A stretch of DNA of 64,000 bases from Nannocystis sp. RBIL2 (GCF_026626745.1 NZ_JAPNJW010000002.1:1510151-1574150), one strand, 5' to 3'; shown: positions 16,393 through 29,988, numbered from the stretch's first letter. Made by a program: numbers and translations. The notes: generated by a model from the sequence alone, not told the origin.

Positions 16393-18297
16393 TCAGGCCA
16401 GCTCGCAGGCCATGTGCGGGCGCTCGTCGGGCAGCGCGAACAGCGGCCGCTCGCGCGGGTGCTGCGACGGCGACAGCTCGTGCACTGCGCCGTCCTCGAC
16501 GAACAGCACCCGGTCGAACAGCGACAGCAAGCTCCAGCGGTGGCACGCGGCCAGCACCGTCGCCTCGGGCGACGACTGGAAGATCGCAGCCAGCACCTCG
16601 CGCTCGGTCGGCGGGTCCAGGGCCGCCGTCGGCTCGTCGAGCAGCAGCAGGTCCCGCGAGTGCGCCCGCAGCAGCCCGCGGGCCAGCGCGATCCGCTGGC
16701 GCTCCCCGCCGGACAGGTTGAGGCCGCTCTGGGCCAGGTGCGTGTCCCAGCCCGCGGACAGCTTGGCGATCACCGGCCCCAGGCGCGCCAGGCGGATCAC
16801 CTGCGCCAGCACATCCTCCGGCACGGTCTCGCCGAGCGTCACGTTGTAGCGCAGCGTCTCCGAGAAGATCTGCGGCTCCTGCGGGATCAGCAGCGTGCGC
16901 TGGGCCAGCGCCTCGAACGAGCTGCGGCGGCCGTCGAACGCCACCTCGCCCCCCTCCGGGCGCAGCATCCCCGCCAGCAACTTCAGCAGCGTCGACTTGC
17001 CGCCGCCGCTCGTGCCGACCACCGCGATCTTCTCGCCGCGGCGGATCGTCAGCGCCCCGCAGCGGAGGGCCGGGGCGTCGCCCGCGTAGTTGAACGCCAG
17101 CGCGTCGAGCCGCAGCTCGCGCCAGCGCGGCGCGGCCGTCGGCGGCGGCGCGACCGTCGGCGACCCGCGCAGCAGCTCGCTGGCGTCTTCGTACGCGGTG
17201 CACGCCTCGACGATGTTGCCGTAATAGGCCGAGAAGGAGCTGATCGCGCCGAAGATCTTGTCGAGGTAGGCGATGAGCACGTAGACCTGGGCCACGTCGA
17301 GCGCGGTGCCCTTCAGGCCGGCGCCGTGGAAGTACCACAGCAGCGACGTCGCCATCACCAGCGCGTAGCCGCAGCTCACCGCCCCCCACTTGAGCTCGCT
17401 GAAGCGCGACACCCGGCGCACCAGCTCGCCGCCCTCGGCCCGCTGGCGCCCGAGGTCGGCGCAGGCCAGCGCCTCGAGGTTCAGCGTCTTCACCGTGACG
17501 ACGTTCGTCAGGTAATCGACGCACACCCGGCCGACCGTGTTGTCGAATTGATTGACCAGGCGGATGTTGTCGACCATGCGGCGGTTGAAGTACAGCATCG
17601 CCGCGATCGTGACCCCGCCCATGACCACCACGTTGGCGGCCACGCGCACGTCGAGGGCCCACAGCGCCACGCTGGCGAGCACCACCTTGACGCTGCCTTC
17701 CAGCACCTGCCACGAATACTGACCGACCACGTTGCCGACCGCGAGCGCCGAGCGGTTTAGCTTGGCCAGGTTCTCGCCCGTGTGGCGCTCGACGTGCCAG
17801 TGCAGCCCGTAGCCGAGCAGCGCCTGGAACACCCCCGTCATCGTCGTCATGCGCGCCTGGTAGGCCACCCCGCTCTGCAGGTAGCGCCCCAGGTGGTGCA
17901 GCAAGATGTTGGCGAAGCGCAGCCCGAGGTAGGCGCCGATGCCGAGCAGCGCCCCCTCGTAGGCGACCTGCGAGAAGCCGTGCTCGACGAACACCCCGAC
18001 CGTGTAGCCGATGGCCCACGGGACCAGCAGCTCGGCAGTGTTGGCGGCGATGAACAGGGCGACGAACGCCCAGAACCGCGACCGGCTGGGCGCCAGGGCC
18101 ACCCACGCGGCCCGCAGCAGCGGCGCCAGGCCGCGCACGGGCGGCAGCGGCCGCGCCGGCCCGGCCTGTTCGCGGGCGCCGACGCCCGCCCACGACAATG
18201 GCGAGAGGAAACGAGCGAGTGCGTGCATGATCACCAATCGGCGCCGGATGACCGGGTCGAAGGGGCGCTCAGCCCCGCAGCTCCACGAGGTTCGCAA
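16393..18297 (-). CDS. Fused ABC transporter permease/ATP-binding protein (exporter type)
   Basis: 6-TM N-terminal domain then GTSGGGKSTLLKLLAG Walker A, LSGGERQRIALARGL signature, LLLDEPTAALD Walker B; true start may be internal Met. Confidence 0.85.
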   Translation of the reverse strand: MRTSWSCGAERPFDPVIRRRLVIMHALARFLSPLSWAGVGAREQAGPARPLPPVRGLAPLLRAAWVALAPSRSRFWAFVALFIAANTAELLVPWAIGYTVGVFVEHGFSQVAYEGALLGIGAYLGLRFANILLHHLGRYLQSGVAYQARMTTMTGVFQALLGYGLHWHVERHTGENLAKLNRSALAVGNVVGQYSWQVLEGSVKVVLASVALWALDVRVAANVVVMGGVTIAAMLYFNRRMVDNIRLVNQFDNTVGRVCVDYLTNVVTVKTLNLEALACADLGRQRAEGGELVRRVSRFSELKWGAVSCGYALVMATSLLWYFHGAGLKGTALDVAQVYVLIAYLDKIFGAISSFSAYYGNIVEACTAYEDASELLRGSPTVAPPPTAAPRWRELRLDALAFNYAGDAPALRCGALTIRRGEKIAVVGTSGGGKSTLLKLLAGMLRPEGGEVAFDGRRSSFEALAQRTLLIPQEPQIFSETLRYNVTLGETVPEDVLAQVIRLARLGPVIAKLSAGWDTHLAQSGLNLSGGERQRIALARGLLRAHSRDLLLLDEPTAALDPPTEREVLAAIFQSSPEATVLAACHRWSLLSLFDRVLFVEDGAVHELSPSQHPRERPLFALPDERPHMACELA

Positions 18298-19312
18298 CGA
18301 ACGATCGTGCGCGGATGGAGGAGGTTCTCGGGCTGGGACGGTGCGTCGGCGTGATCATGAGGAATGAACGTCGGTGCAAGGGCGTCAAAATGCGTAGAGT
18401 CCAGGAATGGCGAGCGAGGACGTCCTCCGACGATCGCTCGCAGCAGCAGAGGCGGCTCACTATAACAGACGGCCGTCCGCCGCCGCCACCCGTGAATCGC
18501 AGCGGCGGCGGCTCCGCCGGCGGAGCGAGCGCCGCGCCGCACGCCGGCTATGATCATAGCGCGCCCGCCGATCGCCCTGCGTCCGCGAACGACCGACCCT
18601 CTCGCAATCAGCGACGATCGGTCGCAGCCTCGCCGCACCGGCCATGCACCAGCGCCAATCCCCGCGATCTCACGTCGTGGGGCCGCGCGGGCCTCCGCGT
18701 CGGATCGAGATCCATTTCCGCGCCGCCGCCCTGGACGCGCGACGCGACCCCGACGAGCTGGCCGCTTGCCTCCTCGGCGGCTTCGCTGCCGACGCCCACT
18801 GCCCGCCGCTCGCGCCGCCGACGACCGCCAGAGCCCTCCCTCGGGCCCGAAGGCCGCCGACCGCGCCCCGCGCCGCCTCCCCTCGTGATCGCCTGAGACG
18901 ATCGCTGCGAGGAGCGGTCGTCTGACGACCGCTCGTGGCGAACCCACGCACGTGGGTGAGCGCCGAACTCGCTATTTGCAGTGGCTCACGCCGACTCGTC
19001 CGACTCACCGAACGGGGCAATACGGCGATTCGACGCCCGAGCCGACGCGTCGGATCCACCTCGCTGCGATTGCGGCGGCTCGCGGCGACGATTCACGCCA
19101 TGCACCCTGGAGCCGCCGGACTCCGCGCTCCGGGTCACGAGCGGAACGATACGACCATCCGCGTGCTCCGAGCCGGCCTGCACCACGATGCAAACAGGCG
19201 GCCCGCGATGCCGACGACGCCCGCGCGGCCCGCCCGCAATGCAAGCAAGCGGTCCCGGCACCGCGCGAGGAGAAGCCGGTTCTCGCGCGATGGAGGTCCG
19301 CCGAGACGCTCG

Positions 19313-19714
19313 TCAGCGCTGGCGATGCCCGCCGCCCTGCCCGCCGCCCTGCCCGCCGCGTTGCTGCGACGATTGCGACGAGCGGCGCTCCCGCTCCTCG
19401 TCCGTCCCGCGTCCCTCCTCGCCCCGGCCCTCGCCGGTGCGGCGGCCGCCGTGCGACGCGTGACCCCCCTTGGCGCCGATCTCGGCCATGTGCTCGCGGT
19501 CCTGGCTGACCGCCTCGCCGCCCTTGCGCCCGGCCTCGCGCGCCTCCTCGGACGTGAATTCGTGCGCGGTGCCCTTCTCGTGGGCGGCGTGACCGCCCTT
19601 GCTGGCGATCTCGCGTTGTTTGTCCTCGTCCATCCCGGCGAAACCGCGCCCACCGCCGCGCTGGCCCTTGTTCTCGCCCTTGTTCTCGTTGCGGTTGTCG
19701 TCCCTGGTAGGCAT
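19313..19714 (-). CDS. KGG-repeat general stress protein
   Basis: Repeated ASKGGHAAHEKG / GRKGGEAVSQ / GAKGGHASHGG motifs; GAGGAC RBS 4 nt upstream of ATG at 19714. Confidence 0.55.
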   Translation of the reverse strand: MPTRDDNRNENKGENKGQRGGGRGFAGMDEDKQREIASKGGHAAHEKGTAHEFTSEEAREAGRKGGEAVSQDREHMAEIGAKGGHASHGGRRTGEGRGEEGRGTDEERERRSSQSSQQRGGQGGGQGGGHRQR

Positions 19715-19986
19715 GACGTCCTCGTATTTCCTGGCGCGGGCGCGCCGGCCTCCGGACATCGGGGACCCGCCGCGACCGCATTGCGGGGTGGAGTATGGCG
19801 CGCTACCGCCCCGGGACAAGCTCGACTATGACGATTTGCCGACCGCGGCGAATGATAGTACTCCCCAGTTCGCCCCATTTGCCCAGGCCGAGGGCGGTGG
19901 ACCGCAGGCGCCGGCTCCGGCGGGGGCTGGCGACCGAGGGAAAATCCGAGGGTTGCCGAGCGTGCGGACCCGACCATACCTGGGAC

Positions 19987-21153
19987 ATGAGAGCCGGTCT
20001 CGAAGGTATGTTGAACGACATGGATCGGCCTCCGCCGGCGCAGACGAGCGCCGCCGGCCATCCGGTCCTGTGGGTCTCGCAGCTGGCCTGGGAAGCCATC
20101 CCCCGGCGTCTGCGGCATCTCCTGGCCCGCGGCGCGCGGCAACGGCGCGTCGTCTTCGTCGAGGCCGTGGTGCCGACCGCCGGCCCGCCGCGGATGGACT
20201 TCGATCACCGCGAAGGTCTGGTGGTCGCCACTCCCTTCGTGCCGCGCGGCCTGACCGGCGACGAGGCGACCACGCTCCTGCGCGGCCTGCTCGACGGCGT
20301 CGTCCGCGACCTCGGCCTCGGCGGCTTCGTCCTGTGCCACGATTCGCCGCGGGCCATGGCCGCCTGCCGCCTCAAGCCGGTCGCCACCATCTACTACGAT
20401 TGCCCGGGCGGGCCGCGGTCGCCGCTCGAGGGCGACGAGGCCCTGCGGGAAGACGCCCTGCGCCGGGCGGACGCCGTGTTCGTCGACGCCGGCCACGACC
20501 CGCTCGGCCCCGAGTTCGGCCCCGCCACCCACCTGCTGCCGCGCGGGGTCGACCTGGCGCACTTCGCCCGCGCCCGCGCCGGCGGCCCCGACCCGGCCGA
20601 TCAGCGCGACATCCCCCACCCCCGCCTCGGCTTCTACGGCGCCCTCGAGCGCGACGTCGACATCGACCTCCTGGTCGCCGTCGCCGACCTGCGGACCGAC
20701 TTCCACATCGTCCTCATCGACCACGAGGGCGGCTCCGACCGGCCCCGCCTGCCCGCCCGGCCCAACATCCACGAGCTCGGCCCCAAGTCCTACGCCGAGC
20801 TGCCGGCCTACCTCGCCGGCTGGGACATCGCCCTCCTCCCCTTCAACCACGAGGCCGCCCTCCGCCGCGCCAAGCCCTCCCAGACCCTCGAGTATCTGGC
20901 CGCCGGCAAGCCGGTGGTGGCTACCCCGCTGCGCGACGTCATCAATCCTTACGCCATCCAGGGCATGGTCTCGATCGCCGAGGGCGCCGAGGACTTCGTG
21001 ATCGCCGTGCAGTGCGAGCTCCACCGCGCCGACCGTCGCCGCTGGCTGCAGCGCGTCGACACCTGCCTGCGCGGCAGCTCGTGGGACGACACCTGGGGCG
21101 TCATGGAGGCCGTGCTGACGCGCCTCGTCGCCCCGCCCGTCGCCACCCCCTGA
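19987..21153 (+). CDS. Glycosyltransferase family 1-like protein
   Basis: C-terminal ALLPFNHEAALRRAKPSQTLEYLAAGKPVVATP resembles GT1 E-x7-E nucleotide-sugar binding region; start uncertain (19987/20008). Confidence 0.5.
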   Translation: MRAGLEGMLNDMDRPPPAQTSAAGHPVLWVSQLAWEAIPRRLRHLLARGARQRRVVFVEAVVPTAGPPRMDFDHREGLVVATPFVPRGLTGDEATTLLRGLLDGVVRDLGLGGFVLCHDSPRAMAACRLKPVATIYYDCPGGPRSPLEGDEALREDALRRADAVFVDAGHDPLGPEFGPATHLLPRGVDLAHFARARAGGPDPADQRDIPHPRLGFYGALERDVDIDLLVAVADLRTDFHIVLIDHEGGSDRPRLPARPNIHELGPKSYAELPAYLAGWDIALLPFNHEAALRRAKPSQTLEYLAAGKPVVATPLRDVINPYAIQGMVSIAEGAEDFVIAVQCELHRADRRRWLQRVDTCLRGSSWDDTWGVMEAVLTRLVAPPVATP

Positions 21154-21235
21154 GCGGCGTCGCCCGCGCGCTCTCGGCCGCCCCGGGCTCCAGTTCGCCG
21201 CGCGGCGAGCCGAACCCCGCGCGGCCCCCCTCGTT

Positions 21236-21700
21236 CGCGCCCCGCAGCGCGCCGCGCCCTGCTCGCATTGCCCGACCGCCTGCTCGCATTGCTGGCGGCC
21301 TGCTCGCATTGCGCAGTCGCTCGTGAGCGATGCGCGGGCCGACCGCCTCCTCTCATTGCCTGGCCGCTCGCTCGTATTGCGCAGTCGCTCGTGAGCGATG
21401 CGTGCCCTGGCCGCAACAATGCCTGGGCCGCTCGCTCGCATTGCGCAGTCGCTCGTCAGCGATGCGTGCCTCACCGCCGCATCGCCTGGCCGCTCGCTCG
21501 CATCGCGCAGTCGCTCGTGAGCGACGCGTGCCCTGGCCGCCTGCTCGCATTGCACAATCGCTCGAAAGCGACGCGAGCCTGGCCGCCTGCTCGCATTGCC
21601 TGGCCGTTCGCTTGCGTAATCGCTAGCGAGCCATGCCTGTGGCCGCCTGCTCGCATTGCCTGGCCCGCTCGCTCGCGACGCCCGCCCGTCGCCGAGCCCA
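21236..21700. repeat. Degenerate tandem repeat array: 3 x about 22 bp (gcctgctcgcattgc) followed by 6-7 x about 63-68 bp units each containing palindrome tcgctcgtgagcga
   Basis: Visible reiteration of cattgcgcagtcgctcgtgagcgatgcgtgccctggccgc with point variants; units are related not unique, so not CRISPR. Confidence 0.7.
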
Positions 21701-21960
21701 AAAGCCATTCAACGTAGCAGCCGCCGGGTCGGGGGCCAGCGCGGCGCGCTCGTCCGATCGCGGGGTGGCCCGCGCCGCTGCGTCGTCGGGCGTGCCGAGC
21801 CCGACGTTGCGTTCGTGCGCCGCCTACGCCGAGGCATTCGCGCCAGCGAGGCCATGCACGCGGCCCGTGGCTCGCGCGCCGCGGCTCCGGATCGAGTCGC
21901 ACGAATGGTGGCCCGCGCGGGCGATTCGATCAATGACCTGCGCGACCGGAGGATTTCATC

Positions 21961-22500
21961 ATGAACGAGAACAAGCGCAATCAAGAGCCCCTGAGCAACC
22001 TCGCCTACGATTGGGTCACCATCGTCCAGCACAAATCGGAGGCCCTGCGCGCCTACGAGCAGTACATTCAGGACGCGCAGCAGGCGAACTCGCCCGAGTG
22101 CGTCGAGCTCATGCAGCAGATCTACGAGCAGGACGCCAGGCACATCGAGCAGGCCACCCGCCACCTCATGGAGGTCCTGCGCAGCGGTCGGATGGGCCGC
22201 ACCCAGGGTGAGAGCCAGACTGGCCAGGGCGAGGCCGGCCGCATGGGCCAGACGAGCAGCCAGGGCGGTCGCTCAGGCATGAGCCAGGGCGAACGGGGCG
22301 GCGCAGGCACCAGCCAGGCCGCCAGCCAGGGCCGCATGGGCGGCATGGGCCAGGGGGGCGAGGGCGGCCAGGGCCGCATGGGCCAGACGAGCGGCCAGGG
22401 CGGCATGGGCGGCCAGGGCGGCATGACCCAGGGCGAGAACCCCCGCGAGTCGATGCAGGGCGAGTCGACCGAACGACGCGGCCAGCGGAACCCCCGCTAG
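21961..22500 (+). CDS. Hypothetical protein with helical N-terminal domain and Gly/Gln/Met-rich low-complexity tail
   Basis: 179 aa; codon usage coding-like; repeated GRMGQTS/QGGMGGQGG units. Confidence 0.5.
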   Translation: MNENKRNQEPLSNLAYDWVTIVQHKSEALRAYEQYIQDAQQANSPECVELMQQIYEQDARHIEQATRHLMEVLRSGRMGRTQGESQTGQGEAGRMGQTSSQGGRSGMSQGERGGAGTSQAASQGRMGGMGQGGEGGQGRMGQTSGQGGMGGQGGMTQGENPRESMQGESTERRGQRNPR

Positions 22501-22688
22501 GATTCGTCGCCAGCGGACTCGACCGCTTGCACGCAATCGTCCCGCCAGCGCATCACGCGCTCGCGGTCGATGACAGACACGACAATGACTGAAGAAAGTG
22601 TAAACCGGATTACAAATCCGGCGACTCATTCTCATTGTTCACGATTCGCCTTGCCTGCGACCCGCGAGGATGAACTATAAGCGTTGCC

Positions 22689-23744
22689 TTGACGAGAGCA
22701 AACCCCACGGCCTCACGCGACATCGTCGTGATGGGGGCATCCGCCGGCGGCCTCACCGCGTTGTTCGACATCGTGCGGGGGCTGCCGCGCGACTTCCCGG
22801 CGGCGGTGTTCGTGGCGATGCACATGTCGCCCGACAACCCGGGCGTGCTGTCGGACTTGCTGGGGCGCGTCGCCGCGTTGCCGACCGCCCTGGCCGAAGA
22901 TCGCCAGGCGATCGAGCGCGGCCGGATCTACATCGCCCGCCCCGATCACCACCTGCTGATCAAGCGGGCCCACGTGCGGGTCACCCGCGGCCCCAAGGAG
23001 AACGGCTTTCGCCCCGCGGTCGACCCGTTGTTCCGCAGCGCCGCTCTGGCCTATGGCGCGCGCGTCATCGGCGTCGTCCTCTCGGGCGGCCTGAACGACG
23101 GCACCGAGGGCCTGCTGCGCATCACCGAGGCCGGCGGCCTGGCGCTCGCCCAGGACCCGGCCGAGGCCACCATCCCCAGCATGCCGCTCAGCGCCATCCA
23201 GAACGTCGAGGTCCACAGCGTCCTGCGGGCCGCCGCGATCCCCGGGGTGCTCGGCCAGCTGGTCGTGCAGCCCGTGGACGACCCCAACGCGCTCTGCGCC
23301 CCCGAGGTCGAGGACACCGCCGAGACCGGGCGCGCCCTCCAGCAGAGCCAGCCGGTCGGGGCCCGCTCGCCGTACACCTGCCCCGAATGCGGCGGCGCGC
23401 TGTGGGAGCTCGCCGAAGGCGACAAGCTGCTGAAGTTCCGCTGTCACGTCGGCCACGGCTTCACCGCCGAGGCGCTGCTGGCCGAGCAGGGCTCCAAGCT
23501 CGAGGGCGCGCTGTGGGGCGCCCTGCGGGCCCTCGAGGAGAACGCCGCGCTGTACCGCCAGCAAGCCGCGCGCGCCGGCTCGGCCGGCTTCCTCACCCTG
23601 TCGCAGCAGTACGGCAAGAGCGCCGCCGAGATCGAGGAGTACGCCAGCACCTTGCGCCCGCTGCTGCACCGGACGTCGCTGCAGTTCACCCCGCCCGCTC
23701 CCCCCGCGCCCACGCACGAACCACCGGAAGGAATTGAGGACTGA
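22689..23744 (+). CDS. CheB-type protein-glutamate methylesterase domain protein with C-terminal zinc-ribbon-like motif
   Basis: IVVMGASAGGLTAL.., GVVLSGGLNDG; CPECGGALWE..FRCHVGHGF; TTG start per ORF track (GTG alt at 22729). Confidence 0.8.
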   Translation: MTRANPTASRDIVVMGASAGGLTALFDIVRGLPRDFPAAVFVAMHMSPDNPGVLSDLLGRVAALPTALAEDRQAIERGRIYIARPDHHLLIKRAHVRVTRGPKENGFRPAVDPLFRSAALAYGARVIGVVLSGGLNDGTEGLLRITEAGGLALAQDPAEATIPSMPLSAIQNVEVHSVLRAAAIPGVLGQLVVQPVDDPNALCAPEVEDTAETGRALQQSQPVGARSPYTCPECGGALWELAEGDKLLKFRCHVGHGFTAEALLAEQGSKLEGALWGALRALEENAALYRQQAARAGSAGFLTLSQQYGKSAAEIEEYASTLRPLLHRTSLQFTPPAPPAPTHEPPEGIED

Positions 23745-23794
23745 TCGGCCCCTCGTCGCCGGCTCGGTCCCTCGATGACGCCGCATCCCGCACC

Positions 23795-26826
<3,032 letters not shown>

Positions 26827-26830
<4 letters not shown>

Positions 26831-28422
26831 CCCACCGTCCTCCCCTCGACGACGCCGCCCACCTCCGCGCCGAGGTCGCGCGGCTGACCGCGCTGCTCGC
26901 CGACACCGACGAGCACCACCACCGCCTGCGCGACGCCTTGATCGTCCGCAACGAGACGCTCGCGGGCCACGTCCAGGCGCTCGAGTCCTTGCTCGACTGG
27001 TACGCCGACCTCTACGAGCACGCCCCGATCGCCTACCTCGCCCTCGACGGCAACGGCGTGGTGCGCGAGGTCAACCTCACCGGCGCCTCGTTGCTCGGCA
27101 TCGAACGCCAGCGCCTGGTCGGCCGCCCGCTGCGCCTGCACGTCGTCCTGCGCGACCGCCGAAAGTTCCTCGATCACATGCTGCGCTGCCGCCGGGCCAC
27201 CGAGCCGGTCGTCACCGAGCTCGAGATCGAGGCCCGGCGCCGCGTCGTCCCGGTCCAGCTGATCAGCCGCCGCTCGGCCGTCGCCGGCGAGGCCGGCACG
27301 TACTTCCGCACCGCCGTGTTCGACCTGACCGAGCGCCGGCGCGCCGAGTCGGACCTGCGCCTCGAGCACGAGCGCCTCAGCCTCGCCCTCCTCACCTGCG
27401 GCGCCGGCCCCTACGACTACTCGTGGCCAGCGGCCGAGCTGACCCCGAGCGAGCGCTGGTGGCAGCTCGTCGGCCGCCCACCCGGCGAGGTGCCCCAGGG
27501 CGCCACGCTATGGCAGTGGTTCGAGGCCCAGATCGTCCCCGCCGATCGGGCCGCCCGCGAGGACGCCCACGCCCGCTTCATCGCCGGCGAATCGACCGCC
27601 TATGCCGCCGAGTTCCGCCTGCAGCGCAACGACCGGACCCCCGTGTGGCTGCGCGAGCTGGGCCGCGCCGCCGAGCGCAGCGCCGAAGGCCACGCGCGCC
27701 ACGTCGTCGGCGTGCTGATGGACATCACCGCCGAGAAGCAGCGCATCGAGGCCGCCGCCCAGCAGACCGCGCTGCTGCGCGACCTGTCTGCGGCGCTGTT
27801 CCGCGTCGAGGAGAACGAGCGACGCGAGCTCGCCACCTTGCTGCACGACGTCCTCGGTCAGCAGCTCGTCGCCGCCCGCCTGCAGCTCGGCGCGCTGAGG
27901 CCGACCAGCGGCGACGCCGAGAAGGTGCGCGAGGTCCTCGCCCTCCTCGACGACGCCCACCAATCGGTCCGCTCGGTCACGTTCCAGCTGCGCCCGCCGA
28001 TCTTGCAGGACCTCGGCCTGGTGGCCGGCCTGCGCTGGCTGGCCCGCGAGACCTCGGCGCAGTTCAAGCTGCCGATCGCCGTGCTCGCCGAGGACACCCT
28101 GCCGCGCCTGGCCGGCGATCCGGAGTACCTGCTGTTCCGCTGCGTCCGCGAGCTGCTGCTCAACGTGGTCAAGCACGCCGAGGCCACCGCGGCCCGCGTC
28201 GAGGTCGGCGGCGACGAGGACGACATCCTCGTGATCCGCGTCAGCGACGACGGCAAGGGCTTCGATCCGCCGCGCCTCGCCGCCGACCGCTCGACGAGCC
28301 GCAGCTTCGGCCTCCTCAGCGTGCGCGAGCGGATCATGGGCCTCGGCGGCCACGTGCACATCGACAGCGCCCCCGGCCAGGGCACCCGCGTCGAGCTGCA
28401 CATCCCGCTCGCCGAGAGTTGA
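26827..28422 (+). CDS. PAS-domain sensor histidine kinase (HisKA_3/NarX-DesK type)
   Basis: H-box LHDVLGQQLVAARLQL, HATPase GFDP..GLLSVRERI..GG.V.I.S.PGQGT; GTG start overlaps previous stop. Confidence 0.9.
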
Positions 28423-28659
28423 GCGTCACAAAAGCAACCGCGTCGCGCTGCACATCCGCTCGCCGAGAGCGGACGTTCACAAAAGCAAGCGCGTCGCGCT
28501 GCACATCCCGCTCACCGAGAGCAGCTCGTCACGACGGCACTCGCGTCGCGCTGCACATCCCGCTTTCCGCGAGCGGACCGTCACCGTCTCGAGCTGCACA
28601 TCCCGCCGGTCACGGCACCCCGCATCGAGCTGGACGTCCCGCTCGCCGACGGCGGCTCG
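28423..28659. repeat. About 5 tandem degenerate copies (50-60 bp) of the histidine kinase 3' coding end, filling the convergent intergenic space
   Basis: gctgcacatcccgctcgccgagag recurs at about 28385 (gene end), 28448, 28500, 28549, 28590, 28627 with variants. Confidence 0.75.
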
Positions 28660-29301
28660 TCAGTCGCGCTTGCGCAGCGGCGCCAGCCCGTGCTCGAGCG
28701 CGTAGCGGGTCATCGCCGCCCGCGAGCGCAGCCCGAGCTGCTGGGAGATCCGCGCCTTGTGGAACTCCACCGTCTTGAGCGCGATGCCCAGGTCGCCGGC
28801 GATCTCCTTGCCCGCCATGCCCGAGGCGACGCGGACCAGGATCTCGCGCTGACGCGTGGTGAGCAGGTTGCCGCCGCGCCGCCGCGGCGCCGTCTCGCTC
28901 GTCCCCTTGAGCAGCGCCTCGATCGCCGGGCTGACGTGGCTGCCGCCGGCGGCGACCGTGCGCACCCCGGCGACCAGCTCCTCGGGCGACGCGTCCTTGA
29001 GCACGTACCCGCGGGCTCCCGCGGCCAGGGCCGAGTGGGCCCACTGCGGATCGGCGTGGCGCGTGACGACCACCGCGCGGCAGGGCGAGCTCGTCTGCAG
29101 CGCGCGCAGCAGATCGAGCCCGCCCAGCGTCGGCAGCTCGAGCTCGAGCGCCACCACGTCGGGCTGTAGCTCGCGCGCGGCCGCCAGCGCCGTCGCGCCG
29201 TCGGTGAACGCCCCGACGACCTCGAACTCGCTGCCGAGCAAGACGCTCAGGCACTCGAGCACCATCGCCTGGTCGTCGACGAGAATCACTCGCGGTCGCA
29301 T
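28660..29301 (-). CDS. NarL/LuxR-family response regulator (REC + HTH_LuxR)
   Basis: RVILVDDQAMV..., D in ALELELP, C-terminal LTTRQREILVRVASGMAGKEIAGDLGIALKTVEFHKARI. Confidence 0.85.
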   Translation of the reverse strand: MRPRVILVDDQAMVLECLSVLLGSEFEVVGAFTDGATALAAARELQPDVVALELELPTLGGLDLLRALQTSSPCRAVVVTRHADPQWAHSALAAGARGYVLKDASPEELVAGVRTVAAGGSHVSPAIEALLKGTSETAPRRRGGNLLTTRQREILVRVASGMAGKEIAGDLGIALKTVEFHKARISQQLGLRSRAAMTRYALEHGLAPLRKRD

Positions 29302-29377
29302 GCAACCATCCATGAACAACGTACCCGATCGACCATGAAGTTCAAGCACGTGTCCGCTCCTCTCGTGGCGTGGGGCC

Positions 29378-29988
29378 TCAGCGACCCGGAAGCAACCCGT
29401 GTTCGACCGCGTAGCGGGTCAGCTCGGCGACGGTACGCAGGCCGAGCACTCGCATGAGTCGCGCTTTGTGAAACTCGACAGTCTTGCGCGAGATGCCGAG
29501 GATGTCGCCGATCTCGCGAGCCGGCCGACCCTCGGCGACCAGCTGCAGCACCTCGCGTTGACGCGAAGACAGCTCGCCCCCGGCCAGCCCCTCTTCGGGC
29601 GCGCCGGGCCGCGGCTCGTAGACCAACCCCGGCGACACGAACGTGCCGCCCGCCAGCACCCGACGCACCGCCAGCAGCAGCTCCGACGAGGCGGCCGTCT
29701 TCACCACATAACCGTGCGCCCCGGCGCGAAACGCCTCCTGCACGTAATCCGGCTCGGCGTGGACCGTGACGAAGATGATCCGCCCCCGCGGGCACGCGCG
29801 CTGCAGCTGACGCGCCGCGTCGAAGCCGTTGAGCAGCGGCATCGTCACGTCGACGAGCACCACGTCGGGTTGGCATTGTTCGGCCGCGGAGACGAGGGCG
29901 CGGCCGTCGGCCACCGCCCCCACGATCTCGAGCTCGGCCGCCAGCAAGCGCATCAAGCCCTCGCGGACCAGCGTGTGATCGTCGGCCA
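29378..29988 (-). CDS. NarL/LuxR-family response regulator (paralog)
   Basis: MADDHTLVREGL.., LSSRQREVLQLVAEGRPAREIGDILGISRKTVEFHKARL; ORF continues upstream but without protein-like sequence. Confidence 0.8.

Noticed and set aside
21236-21700. Possible CRISPR array
   Set aside because: The units are degenerate versions of one another with no alternation of identical repeats and unique spacers, no cas genes nearby, and a variable period of about 63-68 bp. Called a tandem repeat instead.
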